From positions 1-64,000 of the forward strand of contig BROI01000010.1 of assembly GCA_027923505.1 (NCBI GenBank): DNA of 64,000 nt, in the 5' to 3' direction. The notes under the pieces were generated by a model that ran no database searches, had not been told where the DNA came from, and saw nothing but the letters and a program-made list of their open reading frames with translations. Each line of letters opens with the position of its first letter. The first letter of the stretch is position 1. The translations under genes were made by a program, and so were the position numbers. The stretch comes from Mayamaea pseudoterrestris. Lineage: Eukaryota. Shown here piece after piece: positions 24,201 through 34,442 of this stretch.

Positions 24201-24380
24201 CCGAAATTCGACAAGCGGGAGTATGCGTACTACATACGAGAGGATGGATCGCGGCGATACTATCTGAAGGGCAAGCCATGGTTCTTCGGGAAGCCGCGCG
24301 AGCCCGAGAAGAAAAGTATCTGGCCTTGGAAAAGTGGCAAGGATCAGGAAGGCTCCGTAGGATGGTCATGGCCATGGTGA
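21240..24380 (+). CDS. Hypothetical signal-peptide protein with 7 spaced NPxLxxLSxxMPGY repeats and C-terminal hydrophobic helices
   Basis: Long uninterrupted ORF (20961-24380). The likely start MTERSTKVPKVALLWFLLVSLVPNVTSF is followed by an S/T/N/K-rich repeat region and two hydrophobic clusters near the C-terminus. Confidence 0.8.
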   Translation: MTERSTKVPKVALLWFLLVSLVPNVTSFQTILPQLRLQSSNNRLMPLQYKDDDEGYSLGLRPSRRRSKTISKHQQTANTLNGSTAANTSQVVSMGIPENMPPQGTQLDVPTNSSSNLESHSVIDLALRQASETSSSTTNMFGMRRGNSKATRKPSLYTGKKWNETVSHRNPILDALSDMMRGHKDGNNTTKHGAGMKKRRNKHSGIDDRKNASLSSSSSANSTAAHDENPILSVLSDLMPGYKDENKTMAQNTIVKKHNIKDITAENLNATMSSSKTSSSSRKTSGNVTATHDENPIRSVLSDVMPGYKDENTTMDQTKKRQHTHNGADNRDVSLSSSKRDSTSGSTNSANETANEKNPKLSVISDMMPSYKDENKTKDQTAEKQDITVGHAASSLSSSNGANATAFSKKNPSLSVFSGLLLGTENSTNESQQVADSENDHEVDHDESATSTGNSTGSSKNPVLAALSRLMPTTKTKARDAHQAPVSEKLDDDRSHNVSSTSSANVTTARRKRNPVLSAFSRIMPGYRDKDKSKDSDGSLSDTSYKKRKGYNDRGARDKGVALWYRTNSTTLALPPASASGSGAMTSTAPYNNALVDKNPSEVITLGDLESFLVANRFVRERDLEAWTASLALDQKSKGKNPDEMSALDAAGALIADAHDKTEETSSTSSGVAFPQPSMLCVKDLKYGTTLSSGLFGLLLAASFLPNMWLVGSIVGGLYGYDLVSKIGAVAADDEEPTSIVPRLLLRSGRWLAKTSLKIYDSIVILWFLYKTGQLSYEYFKRYEALDQRFAIQDKIDKWNSVFVKGKIAFDEWEQENEIGRKVVASLRTAWLVEEQSLKKAERERRSKYRVVQVLYDGLDNVKRTLRSMWLTVTGRGDSQFFEFLEGLRVRVAESCRLDELARRSGPIFAALIILNMAGALFKLSPIVLSVFAVFAGITWPSWWSEFVDRLSEFADETRARGRRELDEEPDRGVSQSLSSSSGSLLPPKFDKREYAYYIREDGSRRYYLKGKPWFFGKPREPEKKSIWPWKSGKDQEGSVGWSWPW

Positions 24381-24710
24381 TTTGGAAACGCCAATTTGAA
24401 TCTGCCTACGCGTACCATTCGCCAGTTTGGTCGCAACTCTTTGACTGTATGGGATACACATACATTACACGCCCGCCTCTTGCATTAAGCTATTGCCTAC
24501 TTCACTGGTCCGAGTGGTTGAATGCGGTGCATACGACTACATACTGCAACATCCAACTCGGACGAAAACAGACAAAGGTGTCTCTTACGCGCTATTAAAG
24601 ATTGACAATTCACATGTTAATCATAAATGACACTCTTTATTACAAGCTAAGGCCCTAATGCATCAACTGTAGTGGGGCGTCAAACATGACTGTCTTTTTC
24701 CCACTAGCTC

Positions 24711-25604
24711 TCAGTCATCTTCATCCAACTCCTCCAAAGCTGCCGCAGCAGTCGATGAGGAAGAATCCAGCATGCCATCAAATATGTTACTCGGAGGCGG
24801 CGCTCCATTCAGGCCTCCCATTATTCCCTTTAGTAGTTCATCCTGGTCCATGTTTTGATACAAATTGGCAGCCGCCATCATGGCTTGCCTCCAGGCATCC
24901 TTGTCGTTCAACAAATCTTCCATGCCCGGCATGCCCGCCATCATATTTTTCAGCATTGGATTCGTCAGTATCATTTGTCTACTTTGTTCCAACTTTTCGG
25001 GATCCGACATGAACTCCTTGAATATCGGAGATTGCATCATGCTTGACATGGCCGACATGGCTTCCTGCATGGATGCTTCGCCGCCGGCGCCACCGCCCAT
25101 GCTTTTGAGCATTTCGTCAACCTGGGACGAGTCAATGCCAGACTTGGCCAAGTAGTCCTTCATCATGGCGTCCATATTGTTGCTTGCGCTTGCGCTTGCA
25201 TCGTTCGTGCTTGTTGAAGCAGCAGCTACAGTCGATGTTGTACTTGACGACGACGATTTCTTCTTCTTCTTTCCACTGCTACTACTGGTAGTCGCCGGAA
25301 TCATGCTTAACGACGCTCCATCAGTCACACCAGCATTCTTTAATATGCTGCTTGGTTCCAGTCGCTTGCCTTCAAACAAGACGGATTGTTGTTCAATGTC
25401 GGTCAAGCCCGTCGCAGCCGTCATGGCGGACTGCAAGTCGCGCACCGTTTGAACGTCCTGGGGTATTTCGTACTTTTTCCCACGCAGCGTCACCTGGAGA
25501 CCCGTGACTGCGGCATGTGAAATGGTAGCTAGTGATACAATGAGTAGGAGCTGTAGGAGTGTATGAGAGGAACAAGCGAGTTTGTGAGTCAAAAAAAGCA
25601 TCAT
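24711..25604 (-). CDS. Ubiquilin/Dsk2-like protein (UBL + STI1) with N-terminal signal peptide and no UBA domain
   Basis: LLQLLLIVSLATISHA signal; ubiquitin-like TVRDLQ...QQSVLFEGKRL...GVTDGA; Met-rich STI1-like MMQSP, MSDPEKL and ILTNPML. Confidence 0.8.
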   Translation of the reverse strand: MMLFLTHKLACSSHTLLQLLLIVSLATISHAAVTGLQVTLRGKKYEIPQDVQTVRDLQSAMTAATGLTDIEQQSVLFEGKRLEPSSILKNAGVTDGASLSMIPATTSSSSGKKKKKSSSSSTTSTVAAASTSTNDASASASNNMDAMMKDYLAKSGIDSSQVDEMLKSMGGGAGGEASMQEAMSAMSSMMQSPIFKEFMSDPEKLEQSRQMILTNPMLKNMMAGMPGMEDLLNDKDAWRQAMMAAANLYQNMDQDELLKGIMGGLNGAPPPSNIFDGMLDSSSSTAAAALEELDEDD

Positions 25605-26103
25605 GATGTCTCTCGTCGCTCGTTGTTGACACACTTGCGCGCCACCAAGTCTCTCGCACTACAAGCGTACCGTCACTATCACCCATCTGCTATTTCCTGT
25701 TATCCGCATGGTAATCAATTATTGCGGCTTGAACGTATTGACTTGACTGGAATGGAGCGCGAAGGGGGCGCGATTTTGTGAGCGCCATGGTGGAAGCGCG
25801 ACACGCGGCGGATCCTTTGTCGTGCGGAGGGACAGACGTTAACCGGTACGATTTTTTATGAACCGCTACGACAAGCAACACACGAAGATTCCCTCGTCGA
25901 GCGCGATGCACCATGAGATTTTCCTTCCACGCAATCTCTTGTCATGCGAGTATGTGCAGTAGACAAGAGCCTATAATCAGCGAGATGCGGATGAAAAAAG
26001 AAACAGATTCATCTGACTGACACCGGTCCTGTTCGCTATCGATCGCCGTCTTTCAATCCAACCTATCGCACTCGCGACTTTCCTTTTCGCTTTCAGCTGC
26101 AGC

Positions 26104-27372
26104 ATGCCGATGACGGTTCAAAACGTTAAGGAACCTCCAATCACATTCACTGCATCTCCTGAAGCGTTACAAAGGTTACATGATAACGTTCAGTCGTTTT
26201 GGTGTGGTGATACCAGCACGATTCCTATTCTAGACGAGCCTCCGAGCAGCTTGCAGTTTCTGAGAGATTTTGTCGGTCCCAGTCGACCATGCGTTATACG
26301 CAATGCGATGCCAAATAAAGACGAGAACGGCGAACCTTTAATTAAAACTCTTGACGAATTGGTGGAAGCGCATCCGGACTTGATGCTACAAGTTGACGTG
26401 ACTCCCGATGGACATGGTGACTGTGTTCGGCGAGTGAGATTGGACAACCAAGAGGCGAAAACGGTGCAAGTCTTTGTTCAGCCGCAGCAGCGATACATGA
26501 CCTTGACCGAGTTTTTTAGCCAGTTGCGTCAGAATCACAAGTGTCTATTGGTCGCAGACTTAATGGCAGGAGCAGACGCAGGGACGGATGAAGAAACGGC
26601 CGTCATGGACAACGTCTTTGACACGCTGCCACTGGTAACGGAATTAGTAAACTTAACAATGCCAGCAGCGGCATCGCTGCAATCGCCAGGAGTTGTATAC
26701 TACTCGCGACAAAACGACTGTCTCCGCACGGAGCTTGGTCCGTTGATGAAATCGCTCGCCGTTCCCAAGTCCATTGACTTTTGCGAACATGCCTTTGGGA
26801 CTGGTCCACCCGATGCAGTCAACCTTTGGATCGGCAACGAATGTTCCGTATCAAGCTTTCACAAGGATCATTACGAGAATCTCATGGTAGTATTGAGTGG
26901 CACCAAGGTTTTTTACTTGTGCCCGCCAGCAAATGCGTTACTGTTGAAGCAGCAGGAATACCAAAGCGGATCGTTCGTCCATGACCAGGCAGACGGAACG
27001 TGGAAGGTGCGAATGGATTATGGCGCAAATGCTACAGCTGACAATTATGGAGATAAGAAAGTCTTTTCGTCACATCGAGTCCGCTGGATCGGAGCGGATC
27101 CGACCAGCCAAGTGCACTTGGATGCCGACCCGTTGCTTTCGCAATGTCACGTGATCAAGGTCGAGGTTCACGCCGGCGAAACGTTGTACATTCCTTCGCT
27201 GTGGTTTCACAAGGTCACGCAAACGTGTGAGACTGTCGCCGTAAACTACTGGTACGACATGAAGTTTGATGCCAAGTGGTGCTACTTTGACTTTGTCGAG
27301 TCGTTGGATACAGTTGGACCAAGAAATCCCGGCAGTAAGGTCATGGATGAACATGAGCAACGGCAAGAATGA
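26104..27372 (+). CDS. JMJD7: JmjC/cupin-8 2-oxoglutarate oxygenase, JMJD7-like
   Basis: VTPDGHGD, QNDCL, DAVNLWIG, the HxD in SSFHKDHYENL, GETLYIPSLWFHKV and AVNYWYDM. Confidence 0.88.
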   Translation: MPMTVQNVKEPPITFTASPEALQRLHDNVQSFWCGDTSTIPILDEPPSSLQFLRDFVGPSRPCVIRNAMPNKDENGEPLIKTLDELVEAHPDLMLQVDVTPDGHGDCVRRVRLDNQEAKTVQVFVQPQQRYMTLTEFFSQLRQNHKCLLVADLMAGADAGTDEETAVMDNVFDTLPLVTELVNLTMPAAASLQSPGVVYYSRQNDCLRTELGPLMKSLAVPKSIDFCEHAFGTGPPDAVNLWIGNECSVSSFHKDHYENLMVVLSGTKVFYLCPPANALLLKQQEYQSGSFVHDQADGTWKVRMDYGANATADNYGDKKVFSSHRVRWIGADPTSQVHLDADPLLSQCHVIKVEVHAGETLYIPSLWFHKVTQTCETVAVNYWYDMKFDAKWCYFDFVESLDTVGPRNPGSKVMDEHEQRQE

Positions 27373-27741
27373 TTAACTGCGGGAGGATGTAGCAAATACG
27401 AAAAAAACAGGTTTTCATTCGGATAATCTATGCGCGAAATTTTGGTCCAAGCAGCATGGACCTGCGAGTGCATCGGTCCCGCACGAACTCATTATGCTTT
27501 CAATTGACTATATTTTTGCGCCATAAACACTGGATAATTGTATTGTATAAGCCTGCATAGTTTATATTGCTGCTTCACCTAGTTTAAGCGTTTCCGGCGG
27601 GATCACGATCAGTTTGTCGTGGTGACAGGCGGTTGATGTGTCGCACAGGTTATGACTCGATCTTTCTTTCGCGTTTGTTGCACCACACACAGTTCTCCTC
27701 GCCATACCTCCGTTATACATACACACGATTTCTAAAAAACT

Positions 27742-28632
27742 ATGGCGGAACGAACGAATACACTGCTACTTATCGATTGCCAGAACGATTTCCACCCAGG
27801 CGGCAGTCTCGGCATTGCCAACGCACTCGACGACGCTGAACGAATCGCTCAACTCATACGCGACCATGCCAGAGACATTCACCGCGTAGTCGCCACGCTG
27901 GACTCGCATCAGAAACTGCACATTAGTCATCCGAGTTTCTGGTGGTCGGCCGATGGAAGCAAACATCCGGATCCCTTTACCATCATTTCAGCGAATGATA
28001 TCCGACGTGGCACTTGGATTCCAAGGAGCGACCTAACAGTAAGCGTGAGCAACAACATTGATTCCGACTACTTTACAAATATTGATGCAGTTTTAAATGA
28101 TGCGGGAAATATTGACATTGGCAAGTATGCGTTAGAGTACGCTTGCCGACTGGAGAAGAAAGGAAGGTTCCAGCTTTGCATTTGGCCCGAGCACTGCCTG
28201 ATTGGATCGCCTGGACATGCCATGGTTGACTGTATTCGAAGAGTTTTGGATGAGTGGAGTGAGCTGACGGGGCGCTCCGTCGAATGGGTTTCTAAAGGCG
28301 AGCATATCTTGACGGAAATGTACTCGGCACTGCAAGCCGACGTTCCAGTGACAAAGTCAACCGCCTTTAACGACGCGCTTCACATTTCCTTGGCGAAATC
28401 AAGTAAACTCTTAGTTTGTGGTCAAGCCATGAGTCACTGCGTCAACTATACGCTTCGCGACGTGGTGTCCAAGTGGGATCCGACCGAGACCAACCGCATC
28501 TGCCTCCTGATCGACTGCACCTCTCCCGTACCGGGATTTGAAGATGCTGCGAAGACGTTCGTGGATGATATGCGAGCCAAGGGCGTGCAACTCAAGGAGG
28601 CAGCCCAGATTCAGGAGTGGATGAGTGCATAG
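27742..28632 (+). CDS. PNC1: Nicotinamidase / isochorismatase-family cysteine hydrolase
   Basis: LLLIDCQNDF, LDSH, WPEHC, catalytic Lys (SKG) and GQAMSHCV. Confidence 0.85.
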   Translation: MAERTNTLLLIDCQNDFHPGGSLGIANALDDAERIAQLIRDHARDIHRVVATLDSHQKLHISHPSFWWSADGSKHPDPFTIISANDIRRGTWIPRSDLTVSVSNNIDSDYFTNIDAVLNDAGNIDIGKYALEYACRLEKKGRFQLCIWPEHCLIGSPGHAMVDCIRRVLDEWSELTGRSVEWVSKGEHILTEMYSALQADVPVTKSTAFNDALHISLAKSSKLLVCGQAMSHCVNYTLRDVVSKWDPTETNRICLLIDCTSPVPGFEDAAKTFVDDMRAKGVQLKEAAQIQEWMSA

Positions 28633-28994
28633 CAACAAGTGTTGTGCTCATTGTGGTTCGCTCGAACGATTGATCTACCACGCAATATGGAGAAGGAATT
28701 TACACGAACGACGAGCTGATGTAACGCAATTCACGCTTTGGCTCTGTTCGCATATTGCTTCTCGCTTGCTTCAAAGGTGTCACCTTTGATGCGGCGCCGG
28801 ATGCGACAATGGCAGTATTACAATCGTCGGCCCAATGCATGTCGCTAATTTAATGTGCGTCGGAGCCGGCAGATCTGAGTCTGTACGTCCTGTCTACTCA
28901 AAGCGTGTTTGCGGGCACTGATGATTACTGTAAGCATGATGAATGACAAAATACATAATTTACTAGCTCACTACCATATGGTCCACCTTTAATG

Positions 28995-31900
28995 CTAGTG
29001 TTCGTCGCAGAAATGTCGTGCATTCTGAAACATCGTTAACCATGGACTGGCCGGCAATTCCTTCCACTCGGCGGGCATCCAAGGCCACTGCCAAAGTGTG
29101 TGAACGCGCTCAGGATGGGGCATCATTGCCAAGTGTCTTCCATCGTCTGAACACAAAGCTGCAATACCTCCCGGACTTCCATTTGGGTTGAAGGGATAAG
29201 CTTCCGTCACTTCGTTTTCATCGTTGACATAACGGACCGGCGCAAGATTATTTTCGCTGACTGAATCAAAGACGTTTGGATCCGGGAAATGAAAGCGGCC
29301 TTCGCCATGAGCCACCCATACTCCCAGTGAAGAACCTTCCATGCCTTTCAACAATACTGCAGGACTCGCTTGAATTTGAACGCTGCTAAAACGGCTCTCA
29401 AATTTTGCGCTGTCGTTGTGAAGCAGACGAGGCTGGCGATCCTCTGAGAGACCTTCGGCAAAAGGTATCCAGCCAAGCAGAGACATCAACTGACAACCAT
29501 TGCAGATACCAAGACTGAAAGTGTCCGGTCGTCGACGAAACTTGTCAAATTGCTCGATTACACTTGGATTGAACTTGATAACCCCAGCCCATCCTTTACC
29601 ACTGTCAAGAACGTCGGCGAATGAAAACCCTCCAACAAAAACGATGCCGCGAAAATCGTCGAGTGTGACGTTTCCATTTAGGAAATCGCTTGAAGTGATA
29701 TCCCACGCTTCCAACCCCGCGGCCAAGAAAGCAGCAATCATCTCGCGGTCGCCATTGGATCCTTCCTGGCGTATAATCGCAACTTTGTGTTTCTTCTCCG
29801 CACTCATGAGTGACAGAGCTGTTGGTTCCGGCGAAAAAGAAAGCTGCCACTGTGGCGCTTGCCGAAACTTGAGCCCCTCCTCTTCCTGGGCGACACAGCG
29901 AGGATTGCGTTGGCGTCTCTCGAGTTGGAAACTTGTTGCCTCCCAAACGTCACGCAATCGTGTCATCTTGTCGTCCAGTACACAATTACTATCACCTAGC
30001 GAGACCTTGATTGAGTCGCCCGCGCATGCTGTACCGATGTTGTACACTGGAATTCCACCGTCAGCATACGCTTCCATGATCATGGACAGATCTGATGAAG
30101 CGACTTCCATAACAAAACCTGCTTCCTCACTAAACAGAACTTCAATAACGTTCGCTGCCGGCGGCAGAGTCACGTTGATTGAGCAGTTTCCACCAAAAGC
30201 CATTTCAAGCAGCGTTACAATTAGACCTCCGTCTGATCGATCATGACCAGCGAGGATGACCCCTTTGTCAATAAAATTCTGGGTGATAACAATAGCCGTC
30301 TTCAAAAGTGCGAAGTTCTCAACATCAGGAGATTTGTCTCCAATCTGGTTATACACTTGAGCAAGTGCCGAACCTCCAAGACGGGTATTTCCACCACCGA
30401 GGTCGACATACACCAAATGCGATCCATCAACAGGACATTTTAAATCCGGCGTGACAGTCTTTGTGATGTCAGGACACGTGACGTAGCAGGTAAGAGTCAA
30501 TTCTCCTGGCGCCATGACGACTTCCTCTCCGCAGTTGGCGGCCATCGATAGAGAGTCTTTTCCTCCGTCAATGCCGACACCGACATCCAGCAAGGCATCG
30601 CGAAGCGCAACGCATGCATCATACATCTTGGCACCCTCGCCTGGCAGTTTTGCTGCGTACATCCAGTTGCCACTCGCTTTAATGTCCTCGATTCTAGACA
30701 TTTTGGCCCACATGATGTTTGTCAGCGCCTCCGCCACAGTCATTCTAGCCATTGCCGCCGAATCCACAAGTCCTTTGATCGGCTGTTCACCGCATGCAAA
30801 TGCTGTTCCCGTGGTTCCGAAATGAGAGTGCGCTGCGACACCCACATCGGCCAATGGAAGCTGCAAAGGACCGACGCACTGCTGCTGCGCGCAAAGCCCA
30901 GTGACTGAGCGATCCACCTTGTGAACTAAAAAACGCTTCGATCCCACAGTCATGAGACGCAAAACACGTTCCAGTGCGCTCGTAACAGTTGTCTCCGCAG
31001 GAATGTCGAGCGGTTTGAGCTTTGCCTCCAGATGGTCGTCGGTGAATGTCTTTTGCGGCATTTTGCCAAGCACTAACTCCAAGGGCAAGTCCACTGGCGT
31101 CGTGTTGTCACTTGAGTCGTAAACTACGACTTTTCCATCTCCCGTCACTTCTCCGAGAATACGTAATGGACAATTTTCTCGGTCGGCAATAGCCTGAATG
31201 ACATCCCTATCCTTAGCTTCGACCAAAAATGCGTTGTTTTCCTGATACTCGGCGCCCCAAATTTCCAGTACCGACAGTGTCTCGTCGCCAAGGTAAACCT
31301 AATCATGTCGATACAGAAAATTGATTAGTGAAATAGGCCAGAGGCGCATACACCATTGGTGGGTACAATCATTTACCTTTCGAATGTCGTAAGAAGCTCC
31401 AGCAGGTTCTACAATTTCTTTAAGCACGTTACCATTTCCACCAGCTCCTTGATCGTGAATGGAAACGATTGGATTTTTATCGCCCAAGTCGCAGCATGCC
31501 CTGATCAAACGGTTTAGTCGATTTTCCATCTCAGCATCTCCTCGCTGGACGGCGTCAAAGTCCAAATCGGCATTTTCGGCACTCTGCACGCGAGACGACG
31601 CGGCACCGCCTCCAATACCGATCCTGTAGCACGGTCCGCCCACCTTAACAATAAGCATGCCCTTGGTCGGCTCGCCCTTCTTCGAGTGTCTGGCGTCCAT
31701 CTGCCCAATGCCTGCCGAGAACATGATTGGCTTGACCCATTCAAAACGTTTGCCGGAAGCAAGTCGCTGACCAAATGATCGCGTAAAGCCATGAATGACA
31801 GGTTCGCCGTACTTGTTGCCGTAATCAGAAGCTCCATTACTCGCTTCAATTTCAATGGCCAGTGGAGACGCCAAGTTGCTCGGATACACAAAAGACTTGT

Positions 31901-33095
31901 CCTCCCAAGGCAATTCATAGCCGGGAATATGCAAATTACCAACACAATACGCACTGATACCAACGACTGGATATGCTCCCCGCCCCGTCGCCATGACATC
32001 CCGCAACCGGCCACCCGTTCCTGTTTCAGCTCCGGCAAAGGGCGCCACGGCGGATGGAAAATTATGCGTTTCAGCCGTCAAAATGGGGTGAAGAAACTGC
32101 GTGCCAATTTCGACCGATCCCGCCTTGTCCACAGCATTGGGACGAAGCGTTTGGCACTCGTAGCCTTTAATGGCGGAAGAATTGTCGTGAAACGCAATGA
32201 TTGAGTTGTTTGGAACATCCTTGGGCAAGGTTGCCTTGACCATTTGGAAAAGTGTATCTGTTTTCTCCTCGCCGTCAATGACCATTTTGCCTCCAAAGAA
32301 CCAATGACGCGAATGCTCCGAGTTGGACTGTCCCATATCAAAGCACTCAACGTCAGTCGGGTTGCGTCCAAGCTTGTCCTATTATAAAAGTGGCAGAAAA
32401 GAGTTGTCAGACGCATTTCTCGCGACGACATGCACATATGAACATTGTAACCATTGACTTACTCGGAAAAGCTCAGTGTAGTAATCAAGATCATGGTCGT
32501 CAAAGCCCAGACCCATTTCGTTGTTAATGCGTTCCAAAGCTGCCCGTCCCTCCTCCATAATGGGTACTGTCCTGACAGGTTTGGCCGACATGCCGCTGTC
32601 AAAGGTTTGCAATGGAGCCGAGTACTCTTGCTCCGTCATGCGATCGTGCAGCATGGATCGAATCACCTTGACAGTTTCATCAGTCAATGGTTCTCTCGAT
32701 GTAAATAAATACCTCTTCGACAATTCCAAACGCTCGACTGGAACATGGCAAGCTTGTAGAATGCTCACGGCGTTGGACGAAAAGGCCGATGTGAACGTCA
32801 TGCGGGGACCAAACTCCACCAGCCATTGCGATAACTTGTCCCCATCAATAGCAGCAGACTCCAACCAGCTCTGCTCCTCTTGTAAACCTTGAGAGTCAAA
32901 GGTTTCCGCCAAGAGCCAAGTCAGTTTGGATGTTTCTTCCGCCGACAGTTCCTTGTCAATTTTGACATTGAAGCAGCTCTCCGTGGCAACACGAAGAATT
33001 GATTCCGCCAAGCCCAAATTCTTGAGCTCCTCTTGAATGGAAGGAAGCAATGAATGCGGCGGCTCCGTCTTGCGATAGTAGTGAACAATCTTCAT
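28995..33095 (-). CDS. PFAS: Phosphoribosylformylglycinamidine synthase (large PurL/PFAS), 3 exons (33095-32463, 32378-31377, 31298-28995)
   Basis: HDRMTE, QSNSEHSRHWFF, AETHNFP, HDQGAGG, DGGKDSLSM, and glutaminase GICNGCQ and MMPHPER. The GT-AG introns are in phase. Confidence 0.97.
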
Positions 33096-33450
33096 GGTGG
33101 GGTTGACTGTTGGAACAAAGAACCTGTGACGAAAATGCGCTTGGAATGAGGTTCATTTTGATGGTCACGCTGGAGTAACGATGCGATAAATACGACGCCC
33201 GACGCACGGACGACTCGTTATCCTATTCCTCGACTAACTACTGTATGGTAATGTCATCTGTACCTAGCATGTCGTGCCATATCTATAGCTCTACCCAATG
33301 GCAATGCCATTCATAAGTATACATCTTATAGTATAGAAATTAGTTAGTGCAAGCTGTGCTGCAATGTTGATATACCATTAGCAGCGACAAGGCGCTCTGC
33401 AGCGCGCGCATGATAATCAAATAGGCCTCAAGCCCAACCAATTCAAGTCC

Positions 33451-34128
33451 TTACTTCTTCGCGGTAACATACGGGCATGTATTATAGAGACTCGTGTCCT
33501 TCAGCGCTGTCACTGTAAACTCCGCAAGCGCCTTGAAGGTAATGGTTGACATGGGAAACTTGTCGTGTTCGGCCACTGCCACCACTTCCTTGTCCTTTTC
33601 CTCCAGCATGCCTGGCCGAGTCACAATAAAGTCAAAGTGTTTCTTGCTTTCCGCAATATAGAAGGTCACTTGCTCATTGTCGCGAATCATTGGACCCAGT
33701 CCCAGCATGGTGCCAATCGTTTTGCCCATGAGCTTGATCACGAATGAATTTGGCTTGCTTGGTGCTGCCGAAAATCCACCCGCTTGGTAGAGGAATAGTT
33801 TGATTGAAGCTTCAGCATCCATAATGGGAAGGAGCAACTTGATAAAGTTAATCATCATGTCTTTTGGGTATTTCGTGTTGCTGTGAGGTCCACTGACGCA
33901 ACAAATGACGTACGTCGCGCCCTTGACAACCTCTTTCAACGCTTCTGCATCGGTCAAATCACCCTTGATGACTGTCAAGTTGGCATGCGTCTTGGGAGCT
34001 ACCTTGTCGGGCGATCGCGCAAGCATTCGCACCTTGTAGCCCTTTTCCAGGGCGCACGTGAGAACGTGGCGGCCGGTGCGGCCGGTTCCTCCAAAGAGTG
34101 CAATCGTTTCAGTACTTGTTTCAGCCAT
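33451..34128 (-). CDS. NAD(P)H-binding flavin reductase / biliverdin reductase B-like protein
   Basis: Rossmann motif IALFGGTGRTG, plus ARSPDK, GDLTD and VTRPGML. Confidence 0.85.
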   Translation of the reverse strand: MAETSTETIALFGGTGRTGRHVLTCALEKGYKVRMLARSPDKVAPKTHANLTVIKGDLTDAEALKEVVKGATYVICCVSGPHSNTKYPKDMMINFIKLLLPIMDAEASIKLFLYQAGGFSAAPSKPNSFVIKLMGKTIGTMLGLGPMIRDNEQVTFYIAESKKHFDFIVTRPGMLEEKDKEVVAVAEHDKFPMSTITFKALAEFTVTALKDTSLYNTCPYVTAKK

Positions 34129-34442
34129 GGTTGCTATGGTTGTTAGACTTTCGGTTGCTGCAATAGAACAATTGTAATTTTTCTTTCAAGTTTTGTGAGC
34201 TTGACTTTGGAGCACCGTGAGAGTCGGCGTTGGTTGGACGTGTTTCGCATCCTCACACGCGAGTTTCGAAGAACATCCGAGGAACGGTTCACCTTTGTGA
34301 GTCACATTTGAGAGTATTCATGACGCAGGATACCGGTGATACGGAGTATTCATTTTCTGTATCATCATAACTTTGTTTGAGCAGCTCAAGTCAACATATA
34401 TCTTTGTGATGTACTCCTAGTGCTAAAGGTGTATCTGAGCTG

